Positions 51,495 to 64,000 of a DNA stretch of 64,000 nt are shown in pieces. Position numbers and translations under genes: made by a program. The stretch is from NCBI GenBank assembly GCA_964016885.1, contig OZ024741.1, forward strand, positions 238,886,001-238,950,000, in the 5' to 3' direction. How positions within the stretch are numbered: the first letter of the stretch is position 1; every line of letters begins with the position of its first letter. Under the pieces are notes generated by a model. It was not told where the DNA came from and ran no database searches. It was given only the letters and a program-made list of their open reading frames with translations. This DNA is from Eledone cirrhosa (lineage: Eukaryota).

Positions 51495-52678
51495 ATTCTC
51501 CTCACAATAGAGATGACATAAGATTGTGATAATTAGCAAGAGGTGGGCTGTAGATAATTTGCCCATCAGTACAAGCAGGGCAACCAATAGACTCCTAATT
51601 AATTCTTCACCCCTGCATTCTCAATCTAATACTTTCTGTGCTCTATCCTTAATTCCCACTCCTCCTCCACCCCACCTATTATATCCTCTCCATAACTAGC
51701 ACCTGGTGAGATACCACTTGTCTCCTCTATATGTAGTCCATCCATTGTCACTAATTATTACTATTCTCATCATCATTACCACTCTACATCTGCTAACATC
51801 ACACAGCTATCTTTTACCTACATCCATCCTACCTTGACAACATTGTCATGGGGGAAGAACACCTTATCCACCCACATTCAGTACCCTGATCATCATCTTA
51901 CACTATTTACCATACTTCTTTCTCTTCTGTGTCCTATCACCTGCTGTTGGCTATCAACTACCCCCCCCCCCCCCCGCCCCAATATAACCCATTGTTGACA
52001 TCTACCTCTCACTTTCCCATTACTCATCCCTGTTGACATACTTCCCTCCAGGATGTTTCTATTGCTATTGTCTGTTCAACCTTCCACCAACAACCAATCA
52101 TGTTGTAGCCTTCACTAAATCTCTCCATTACTCCCTCCCATGCCATCCCAAGACCCTGTCTCTTCTGTCACACTCATCATATATTTCTCTTCCCTTAGCC
52201 ACCACTCTTCTATTTCCACTTTTGATCAGGTTTACCTTGGAACAAAGTGACCTCTCTAGTGTTGGTGTGACTAAAAGTGTTCTCTGTACATTCTGTAAAG
52301 TGGTTGGCATTCAAATGGTAACAACATAAGATGGGGAGGATTTATCAATAACATCAAGGTCTTGACAACTCCTCTAGTACTGGTGTTAGGTTAAAATGCA
52401 TCCAGTACATTGTGAATTGGTGTGCATTCAGAAGTGCATCAAGCTGTAGAAACATGCCAATAGTGTAACAGAGACTCCTCAGTCATGTCAAGGATGTCAC
52501 AACCTTCCTAGTGCTTGCACTATGATAAAATGCACCCAGTACTCTCTGTAAAGTAGACCCAACCAAACAAACCATGGCAAAAAGGAATGTATTTGAGTAA
52601 GATAATGGTTCCCTCAACCTAGATAGGATAAATAATTGACTTCATTTCTAATGACTCATTCAGCCTATACCAGCATGG

Positions 52679-52743
<65 letters not shown>

Positions 52744-52846
52744 CTTAAAAAGTTAACTTATCAAACAGAAGATATGTGGAATAAGATTCTGTGTATATAG
52801 AGAGAACTAATAGGGTTTTGTTGACATGGTAGTAGCATCGGTATGG

Positions 52847-52890
<44 letters not shown>

Positions 52891-52926
52891 TATAGGGGAG
52901 TAGCAATAGTAGAGAATTTGGTTAGA

Positions 52927-53146
52927 TTAATCCTTTTGATATCAAACCATCTGAAATTTTGTTATCCTTATATCAAAACCCTCTATTATAATTTTATTTT
53001 AGTAATTTATGTTAAACAATGTTCTTATCTGCTTACTAAGAAAACCTTATTTTATTAAATTCCTCTGAACCTTTTTGTTATTTTCAATGTTAATTGAAAC
53101 ACAAAGATAGTGTATTTCATTAAAAAGACAATAATGAAAGGGTTAA
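52927..53146. mobile_element. TTAA-type MITE
   Basis: TTAATCCTTTT...AAAGGGTTAA; reverse-orientation relative of 13513..13741. Confidence 0.6.
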
Positions 53147-55261
53147 GGAATTTAGCATATGTTGAGGTAAGGGACTGATCAAGATGCCTGGTAGGAGCTA
53201 ACGATAATATAAAGATTTAAAATATAAAAATATGAATATAGAATAAGACTGAAAAAAAATTGATGCAAAGATAATTAAAATCATTAAGGTGGCAAGGAAG
53301 GGGAGTAGCAGAAGTAACACCTAATATAATATCAGTGTGATGGTGTGAATGAAAGGGAACGGTAGATTATATTGTCTAAATTTAGCTGTTACAGTTAAGG
53401 TTATGTTTCAACTATTAAATGAGATGGGAACTGAGCAAGATATATTTCAGTAGAAATCTGTTTTGTGGAAGCAAATAGAGAAAACAAATATATAAAGTTT
53501 TGTTGGTGCTACATTAAATTTTTCATAGCTATAGATGCTATAGCAATCTTAATTGATAGCTCTATACTTTTATATTTTATATACTTGTATATAAGCTGCA
53601 CTTATTTCCATGAAAATTCAATGTGATGTATGTAAAATGGAAGTGTGACTTGTCTACCAGCCATGTTATACACACACACATATTATCATGATCACCGTTA
53701 TTACATCCATTTTCCACACTCACGTGAGTTAGATCGGTCTTTTTCAGTACAGCACCTCACCACTCACATGGTTGCTTCATTTCTCTCCAGCCTATGCATG
53801 TCCTCTACAGTTACTGCCGATATTTCACTATGATGCAGCATTGCACTGCGCACAAAGGTATCATACAGTCCTTTTGTACACTGGGAGAAACCTTTTGTTG
53901 TCAACAGAGGGAGCAGCTATCTAAACTTTTTCCATTCTATCCTTATGCTTTCAGAGCACCCTTTTCCATTGCTAATTAGGTTACCTAGATAGCAAAAGCT
54001 ATTAACTACTTCTATGGATCATTCATGGATTGGAAAAGATTTATAGCACTGACACTGTTCCCGCTGATTACCCCTATGCATCTTCTACATACAAAGTCTC
54101 CTCTTCTTGTTAGTCTGCCAGTTATCGCACTACATTTCTCGTGTACCCAAGATTTACATTGTATACTTTTCTACATATTGAGCAGGGCCACTAGGTATAT
54201 CATCAACTCTTATTATTTTATATATATACAGTAAGTTCACAGTGCATCATTAGGTACAACTACACACAGAAAAAGCTTTCGATTTCCAAACTATTTTTGG
54301 TTTGGCAGCTTTTATTATATAAAAAAAATTTTGTTTCTTTTTTTTTTTTACCACTTTCTTGCTCCTTCCTTTGTATGCCATGGTTGAATATCTAGCTGTA
54401 AAAAAAATCTTCATTTTTTACTTTTGATATAGAAGATGGTCCACTTAAGTCAAGTAAATATCAAAATATCAGCAATGGAATAATCATATGCTTCATAGAT
54501 TTAGAAGTAATTAGAAGCCAAAATGTATAAAGAATTAGCCAAAATGAAGGTCTTATTTATCCTCTCTCTCTGAGATAAAATGGAATAAACAAGTTCAAGT
54601 ATCTAGCTTTTTCTGGCATTAAATATATTTTATCACTCAACAGTCAACACCATTTTGTAATTGGACTTAATGATGTACTGCAAACTTATCAATTTGAATT
54701 GGGTATAGAACTTACTATAAATTATATCATACAAATTGACTTTGTCAACTTGATAAAATCTCTTTAAGACTAAAATGATGGGGATAAAATGCAAATCTTT
54801 ACCATCATTTAGCAAACAAATGGAGCAAAATCCTAACAATTGATGTGTACCTCTTACCATAATTCAAGGGATGATTTTATAAAATAAACTCTTAGTCATC
54901 AATGAGTACAGTTTACTTAGGTATTTTGTAGATGTACTACCCTGTTTTACAGTATACAATATATATATTATAGTATTCAGTCATCAGTCAATGGCTGTAA
55001 ACAAGAACAATCCTTGGGGATCAACCTATATATATAAGAGAGAAAGAGAGAGAGAGAGTAGTTTTTTTCATTCCTGATCCACAGGTATGAGTTATCTTTG
55101 GATCATAAATGTAAATTACTAGTTCAGTTTCAAGTTATAAACTATAAACTCTACTTCTTATATTGAGCATTTAAAAAAAATCTAGTTTGTAAACACAAGA
55201 GTTTACCTAATTAAAGGTATATATATTTATGATGATGATGATGATGATGATGATTTATATA

Positions 55262-56535
55262 TTAAAATGACATTAAAATTTAAGCAAAGAATCGCTGCTT
55301 TCACCCTTAACGGGATCTTCTGAAACTAAAAAAAATCAATCTGTGAACGCAGAAGTAAATATTTCGAAAAAAGTTGCAACCGAAGGAAGACAGGAAGACG
55401 ATACTTTGGTTCGTGAAGACGTTCCCTGGCAATGAACGGAAAAAACGAAGATAATATGTCGTTATGTGGAGCGAAGAGAACAAATACACGCAAAGACAAA
55501 ACCACATTTATGGTATAAATGGAGTCATAGACTAAATATTCTACTTAGGAAACTGAATGATTTTTGGCTTCGGAGTTAAGAATAATGTAAATAAATTAGT
55601 AGAACGAAAATGACAGAGGTTATTAAAATCATAAAAGTAATAATAATTAAATATATACATACACACATCTATATACCTACATACACGAAAACACACACCA
55701 TGCATGCATATACATCCACGTACACATAAATATGCGCACACCTGTATACACGCACACATACAAATGTATACACCAAATACACATATAAAAATATGTGTGT
55801 GTATACATGTAATTATATAAACGTATATAAATATACACACAAAAATACGTATATAACGCACACACACACATACCTACAGGTAAATACACATATGTTCACC
55901 AAACGTACATATACCAAAACTCAATGTACACATATACACACCTTACATATGTGCAAACACGCATACACGCACAAACACGAAATACGCATATACACATAAC
56001 CATATACAGATATACCAGTATATATAATATAATATATACACCTATAACAAATACAAGCATATATACGTATGAGAAAGTATACGTACCTTCACAAAACATA
56101 CGTGTAAGGTATACTTACCTATACAAAAGTAATGGTATAAACATAAAATATACTTAGCTACCACATCAAGACGTAAATTATCCAAGTATTGTACTATCCG
56201 TTAGGGTATAATGCGGGGCTGTTATACAGGAAAGTTTTATGCAATTTGTGTTTACAAACCGAAATTGCCTCAGATTTTTTGTTTAAGATGTGGTCATTGG
56301 CGTAGAGTATTTCCAGGGCTTCAGCGGAGCAAAGATCACATTGTCTTTTATTTCCATTATACGATCTAGCTTTAGCTAGGATCTCCCAGTGTAACCTATA
56401 TTGGGTGTGGTTGTCTTTTAGACTCCAGATATAAGCTGAAAATGACATCATATTCCTTCTTAAAAGTTTAAGAAAAGAATGGGTGTGCATGTAAAGATGC
56501 TGCTTGAATCTATTGGTGGTTAACTCTATGTAGGC
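55262..56535 (-). mobile_element. Penelope-like element 3' part: GIY-YIG endonuclease C-terminus (56194..56535), low-complexity spacer, terminal repeat
   Basis: YIxLTTNRFKQ...HSF...SAYIWSLK...WEIL.KA.SY...CDLC..E...LNKKSE..S.C.H is typical of PLE GIY-YIG domains. Confidence 0.85.
55277..55327 (-). ncRNA. Hammerhead variant (CAGAAGA core), second copy
   Basis: Same fold as 51166..51216; stem I AGUUU/AAAUU. Confidence 0.55.
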
Positions 56536-56537
56536 CC

Positions 56538-56958
56538 TGGTGTCAAAATAAAATGTGCCTAGTGCACTCTGTAAGCTGGTAGTTTTGGTTCCACAACAAA
56601 AAGCACCCAATCAACTCTGTAAGGTGCTAGAACTGGTGCTACAACGAAAATCATCCTGTAAGGTGGTAGTGTTGGTGCCATGATGAAAAACACTGTTTGC
56701 CCTGTAAAGCGATAGTACTGATGCCACAACAAAAAGCACCCAGTTCACCCTGTATTGTGGTAGTTCTGGAGACACAATAAAATGCTCTTAGTACACAGTG
56801 TAAAGTGATAGGCTTTAGGAACGGCATCAAGCCAAAATCAGAGTTTATAAGCAGCATGTGGCCACTGACCTGTCAAGCCTCAATACATGACAACCTGTCT
56901 AACCCATGCAAGTATGGAAAATAAATATTAAATGGTAATGATGATGATGATAATGATA
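56538..56958 (+). repeat. RTE/SINE-type 3'UTR with about six degenerate ~48-bp modules and a (GAT)n tail
   Basis: Recurrent ggtgccacaac-aaaaa-gcacccag...ctgtaaggtggtagt. Confidence 0.7.
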
Positions 56959-58348
56959 TATTTGTTGTTGTGGATATGGCTCACAAGTAGCAGGTAAAGC
57001 TAGTCTTTTACGAGGATGCATTTCATAGGAGGTTCTTGAGAATTTTAAAGATAAGGGCCACAATCCTATTATGTCAAAGAAATCCTATCATGTTCCAGTG
57101 ACAGAAGTGAGATTTGAACTCTGAATACACCATAGTCAGAGTAGCTGCTACAAGACCCCTTACATTGATCTAACAATTATACTAAAACAGTACTCTGGAC
57201 TGGTACGTTACCCTGTAAGCATGAAAAGCAAAGGTGGTCTCAGTGGATTTGAAATCAGATTATAGAGATCCAGAAGAAATATCACAAATAATTTAATTTC
57301 ACCTACCATATATAGTATGTTCTAACAGACAGTCACTGTACTTATAACTTCCTATACTAGTATTCTTATTCATTCTAACTTTACTGACCTAGCTATAATT
57401 ACTGATTTAATTAGATGCAAAAAGAAGAGGTTCTTATATGTGTGAACATTAAAATCAATGTCAAGCATTACTAAAATAGTTTTCTTACCTTCATATAAGA
57501 TTTACTATGGGGTCACGTCCTATTTCACTGTCATAAACATTAATATCATCATTGTGTTGAAATTTTCATTTAGAAGCTTATTCATCCTCTCAACTTTAAA
57601 ACCAAGATTTTTCCTTTGAATATTTCCATTAGAAACTGTGGAGAAGAATCCTTGTGGGTTAGAATAGTATCAGAGAGAAGTTATAGAAGTGTAATTTACA
57701 GAAATTGCTTCTAATGTGAATGTCCCTGTGATGTCAGTATAGCTGTTGGAAGTGTGATAAACTTCAGTGTAAAGAAGGTAGTAACTAAATTAGATCAGCT
57801 GAGATCAATTTATCTATTCATATTTAAATGTGACTGTTTCTGCATATACAAATCTATTTACACAGACATGAATCACCCAGTGCAAATTCCCTTTGATCCA
57901 ATTGTTATATTTGCAACCCTCGCCAAAGGAAAAAAAACTGTTGAAAGCAACTCAGTGATTGAGTGTTTACACATATTCATATGGATCTATATAAAAGCAT
58001 GAATTTCTTTAGCTATATATCATTAACAGATAAATATTTACATAGTTTTGCATATAGTCATATATAATTAATTGGAGTATTGATATATGTATAGATGTTG
58101 GCAATATCATATGGGAAAAAAATGAATCATTGTCCTTAAATCCCCCAAAGGATTTCTACATAATTTTACACACCTCTGTCTTTACCCCAGTGTAGAAGTT
58201 TTATAAACTTGACATCAGTTGAAAGAAAATGAAACACAAAGCACCTACTTTCAACCTTAATTTAGTATTTAATTACTGTAACAAAATATTGCTAAATAGA
58301 TAGATAACTTAGTGGATGGTTTCCTACATGCTCCCTATCACATATAGT

Positions 58349-58386
<38 letters not shown>

Positions 58387-58388
<2 letters not shown>

Positions 58389-59240
58389 ACTATTGGCCAC
58401 TAAAGGTTTCTCTCTAAAAATGAAAGGCAGACTGTATGATGCCTGCATACGAACACCAATGCTACATGGCAGTGAGACATGGGCATTGTGTGCAGAGGAT
58501 CTGTGCAGACTGGAGAGGAACGAAGCATGCATGCTCCGCTGGATGTGTAATAGTAATATATGTGAACAGCAAAGCATAAATGAACTAAGTGAGAAATTAG
58601 GTATAAGAGGGATCAGATGCTGTTTACTCGAGAGAAGACTTCGTTGGTATGGTCATGTGATGCGCATGAAAGACGACAGCTGTATAAAAAAGTGCAGGGC
58701 GATCAAAATTGATGGAAGTTACAGAGTAGGGGGACCCAGAAAAACCTGGGACGACATGATAAATTCCGACCTTACACACTTACACCTTTCCAAGACAATG
58801 TCACTGGACCGAGATCTTTGGTGCTACGTAGTAATACAGAAGACCCGCCTTGCCTAAGTACAAAGCGAAACCTACAGTCGGTAGGCACCTCTTAATCAAA
58901 TATACACGCCCATCCCACTCCCCCAACTCCCCCATCAACACTACCCCTTTATCTGTAAAGTTATGTTGGTACCACAACATCCAGTCCTAAATAAATGAGG
59001 TATGTAGGTGTCACAACAAAAAAACACAGTCCACGCTGTAATGTGGCCGTGTAGGTAACGCGGTAAAAACCTCCCAGTCCAGACTGTAAACGTGGTTGGT
59101 GTTAGGAAGGGCATCCAGCCGTAGAAAACCTGCCAGACAGTCCTATACGAGCGAGACAACCAATCTTGCCTCAAGTGGGACAATTCCCATCTAAACCCAT
59201 GCAAGCGTGGAAGATAGACATTAAACGATGATGATGATGA
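58387..59240 (+). mobile_element. RTE LINE family A, 5'-truncated
   Basis: ORF 58393..58857 matches 3787..4365; same 3'UTR. Confidence 0.92.
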
Positions 59241-59413
59241 ATATGAATATAAGTCTCTTTGTCTTCGGCAGAACAGCCAACTACCAGTGGAACATATAGA
59301 GGCAATCTCTTATGTTTTTCTGTGTATGAAGAGAATAAAAAAAGTATCTTTACACTTGTTCAATATTTTAGAGAGATTTTAATTTAATACTGTAATTTTA
59401 TCATATATATAGT

Positions 59414-59759
59414 GAAGGCACATGGCTTAGTGGTTAGAGCATTGGGCTTGCAATCGAAAGATTGTGAGTTCAATTCATCATCTCGGGTGATGTGTTGAGC
59501 AAGACACTTTATTTCACATTGCTCCAGTTTATTCAGCTGTAGAAATGAGATGAAAGGACTGGGGTCCCTATCATTCCACTGCAAAGTGGTCGTGGAGGTG
59601 CCACGGCAAAAAAGCACCCAGCTCACATTGTAAATGAGGTTGGTGTTAGGAAGGGCATCCAGCTGTAAAAATCAAGCCAGAATCAGTTCCCGTCCCACCC
59701 TTGCAAGCAGGGAAAAGCGGACGTAAAATGATGATGATGAGGATGATGATGATGATGAT
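59414..59759 (+). mobile_element. SINE family B, full length
   Basis: A/B boxes; reverse complement of 46828..47180. Confidence 0.88.
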
Positions 59760-60739
59760 ATATATATGTATATGAATATAAGTTCTCTTTGTCTTCAGCA
59801 GAACAGCCAACTACCAGTGGAACATATAGAGGCAATCTCTTATGTTTTTCTGTGTATGAAGAGAATAAAAAATATATATATATATATATATATATATTAA
59901 TATAAGTAAATATTCCATCAAGAAAAATATAAACATCGGTGAGAAAGGAAATTAGGAATTTATTTACTTTAACATATGTTTCTTGTTTAAGCATTCATTC
60001 CTGATATACATAAACAAAACCTTATCTGTCTTCACATACACACACACATATATAAAGATTAAACCAAAATTAAACTAGTTAGACCATTATTCAACAGAGC
60101 ACTTGATACTTGGGTTAGTAGAGTGTGACTATATTAGAAAGAGTCAGGGCCTGATGACTGAGCTCTTGCTGTTTTGATAGCCTCTTCCAGACTGGCCCCA
60201 CTCTTTCTAACACACACACATATATATATATCATCATCATCATATCACTTTAATATCTGTGTTTCTGTTCTGACATTAGCTGGACAAGACTTATTTTAGC
60301 TATAATTATGTGGTAAGATGCCCTTTCTGACACCAACAGTTATGTATTTATTTCCTAAGTCAGGTGCTGATCTCCACATGTCTAAAGGCTGAGCAGTGTG
60401 ACCTTTCTTTATACAAAACATAAACAAATACCACTGCTTGCAATGTTGAATGCATAGAGAAAGGAAGAGCCTCACACACACACACATGCACACGCACACA
60501 CACACACGCACACATACACACACACACACACACACATTATTATTGATCGATAGGAATAATAAAAAAGTGAATCATAAATCAGTAATTATGATTATGGTTT
60601 GTAGGTAGGGGGTGTAATATTATTTATGGAACATCACCAATAATGAAATATCAGTATACACAATAAATTTTAATTAAATTAGTGCAGTAGAATGACAGTG
60701 ATTTCGAACGATTGTGTCAGTTAAATGCTGTTCTGGAAT

Positions 60740-60920
60740 TATTGGCAGTATCGGTAGAGGGTTGGACGCCATGCTTTGACGCATAGTTACGTCCCTTTAC
60801 AGTCTGAGTTCAAATCCCGCCGAGGTTAACTTTGCCTTTCATCCTTACGGGGTCGATAAAATAAAGTACCAGTAATGTACTGGGTAATTGCTGGCCTTGT
60901 GCTTGAAGTAGAAACAATTA
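60740..60920 (+). mobile_element. SINE family A
   Basis: A/B boxes plus core. Confidence 0.87.
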
Positions 60921-60999
60921 TTAATATACACATACATACATACGTACATACATACACACAGGAATGTTCTCTCTCACACACACACATTTACATACTCAC

Positions 61000-63230
61000 A
61001 TACATAAACTTAGATTCATACACAAGTACACCTACGTACTCATTCATACTTACATACATGCATATATATATATACATGCACACAGACATGCCCTCTCTCT
61101 CTCTCACACACACACACACATACATTCTTGCATACATACATAAGCTTAGATTCATACACCTGCATACTTACATACTCATACATACATTCATACACACACA
61201 TACATAAGCTTAGATTCATACACCTGCATACTTACATACTCATACATACATTCATACACACACACACATACATAAACTTAGATTCATACACATGCATACT
61301 TACATACTCATACATACATTCATACACACACATACATAAGCTTAGATTCATACACATGCATACTTACATACTCATACATACATTCATACACACACACACA
61401 TAGATAAACTTAGATTCATACACATACATACTTACATACTCATACATACATTCATACCCACACACACATACATAAACTTAGATTCATACACATACATACT
61501 TACATACTCATACATACATTCATACACACACACACACATACATAAAATTAGATTCATACACATACATACTTACATACTCATACATACATTCATACACACA
61601 CACATACATAAACTTAGATTCATACACATGCATACTTACATACTCATACATACATTCATACACACACACACACATACATAAGCTTAGATTCATACACATG
61701 CATACTTACATACTCATACATACATTCATACATACACACACATACATAAACTTAGATTCATACACATGCATACTTACATACTCATACATACATTCATACA
61801 CATACACACACATACATAAACTTAGATTCATACACATGCATACTTACATACTCATACATACATTCATACACACACACACATAGATAAACTTAGATTCATA
61901 CACATACATACTTACATACTCATACATACATTCATACACACACACACATACATAAACTTAGATTCATACACATACATACTTACATACTCATACATACATT
62001 CATACACACACACACACATAGATAAACTTAGATTCATACACATACATACTTACATACTCATACATACATTCATACACACACACACACACATACATAAACT
62101 TAGATTCATACACATACATACTTACATACTCATACATACATTCATACACACACACACATGCATAAACTTAGATTCATACACATACATACTTACATACTCA
62201 TACATACATTCATACACACACACACATGCATAAACTTAGATTCATACACATACATACTTACATACTCATACATACATTCATACACACACACACATACATA
62301 ATCTTAGATTCATACACATACATACTTACATACTCATACATACATTCATACACACACACACATACATAATCTTAGATTCATACACATACATACTCATACA
62401 TACATTCATACACACACATACATAAACTTAGATTCATACACATGCATACTTACATACTCATACATACATTCATACACACACACACACATACATAAGCTTA
62501 GATTCATACACATGCATACTTATATACTCATACATACATTCATACACATACACACACATAAGCTTAGATTCATACGCATGCATACTTACATACTCATACA
62601 TACATTCATACACACACACACATACATAAACTTAGATTCATACACATACATACTTACATACTCATACATACATTCATACACACACACACACATACATAAG
62701 CTTAGATTCATACACATACATACATACATACTCATACATACACTCATACACACACACACACATACATAAGCTTAGATTCATACACATACATACTTACATA
62801 CTCATACATACATTCATACACACACACACACATACATAAGCTTAGATTCATACGCATGCATACTTACATACTCATACATACATTCATACACACACACACA
62901 TACATAAACTTAGATTCATACACATACATACTTACATTCTCATACATACATTCATACACACACACACACATACATAAACTTAGATTCATACACATGCATA
63001 CTTATATACTCATACATATATTCATACACACACACACACATACATAAGCTTAGATTCATACACATACATACTTACATACTCATACATACATTCATACCCA
63101 CACACACATACATAAACTTAGATTCATACACATGCATACTTACATACTCATACATACATTCATACACACACACACATACATAAACTTAGATTCATACACA
63201 TACATACTCATACACACATTCATACATACA
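61000..63230. repeat. Minisatellite, ~55-61-bp unit, roughly 37 copies
   Basis: Unit CATAA(A/G)CTTAGATTCATACACAT(G/A)CATACTTACATACTCATACATACATTCATA(CA)nTA. Confidence 0.95.
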
Positions 63231-63514
63231 TGCATATGAACATACAAACATACACCTACATACTTTCATTGAATATAGTTTTGAGAAAAAATTGGATTAC
63301 AATTCAATTGTAATATGAATCTATAAAGATATTTCAACAAACCATTAACAATGATGATGATTATTAATATTATTTATATTAAAGAAAAAATAACATAGAT
63401 AATTAGTTATACTGTGTAAAGAGGTAAACAAGTAAATAACTTGTAATGAAATGAAGTTTGTCAGTAATTAATAAGAAACAATGATAAATATCAGATTGTT
63501 TCAACGATTTAACA

Positions 63515-64000
63515 TATCTATATGCAGATGATCTAACTCTCATAGCTGAATCTATGGCTGAACTAGAGAAGAAATTCCAAACATGGAAGCATGGCCTAGA
63601 ATCAAAAGGCCTTAAAGTTAACTTGTTTTAGTATGTAGAAAGAAAAATAGGGCACAGGTGCCGTCTGGGAAATGGCCTTGCTCAGTGTATAGGAAAGGAG
63701 TAGATAGAAATGCCATTCTATGCCCCAAATGCAAACTATGGGTACATAAAAGATGTAGTGGGATTACAAGCAAGCTCTCTAAGAATGTAGATTTTATATG
63801 TGGTCGATGCTCAGGTGCAGTAAGTAGCAAGTGCCCACTGGATACTAGCTCCTTACACTGCCCAGATGGTTCTATAGAAATAGTAGACACTTTCCATTAC
63901 CTGGTTGGCAAAATCAGCAGTGGAATGGGATGGAAAAAATTCAGAGAGCTAATATCACTGTTAGCCACAAGGGTTTTTTCTCTAAAAATGAAAGGCAAAT
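63515..64000 (+). mobile_element. RTE LINE family A internal fragment, running off the window
   Basis: LYADDLTLIAE...WKHGLESKGL plus the Cys cluster; matches 3413..3935. Confidence 0.9.

Noticed and set aside
57484-57760. Candidate 5'UTR exon or promoter of the protocadherin (minus-strand AAG|GTAAG near 57488; other donor-like sites near 28810 and 29139)
   Set aside because: Donor-like hexamers are common by chance; this cannot be supported without transcript data.
61000-63230. CRISPR-like regular array
   Set aside because: No unique spacers (only (CA)n length varies), eukaryotic context and no cas genes; it is a minisatellite.

Overview
AT-rich, repeat-dense eukaryotic (animal) DNA. The protocadherin sequence style and repeat landscape suggest an octopod cephalopod; this is inferred, not confirmed. 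The only convincing host coding sequence is a large minus-strand protocadherin exon (ATG 17615, splice donor at 15242) encoding a signal peptide, six cadherin repeats, a TM helix and the start of the cytoplasmic tail. It is flanked by two relics of apparent former paralogues: a 107-bp coding fragment with mostly synonymous changes, and a ~450-bp copy of the post-donor intron. The rest is non-LTR retrotransposon debris (several RTE families, two carrying a PHD-type finger inside the RT; CR1/L2-group; CRE-type; Penelope-like), two tRNA-headed SINE families, TTAA MITEs, a non-autonomous Helitron, microsatellites and a ~2.2-kb minisatellite. The most striking unannotated signal is a set of about eight complete, variant or partial type I hammerhead ribozyme motifs. 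They sit in short, mostly (TA)n-embedded inserts, several as fold-back palindromes and often with self-complementary stem III, consistent with Penelope-like or retrozyme-like mini-elements. All alignments and folds were done by eye.
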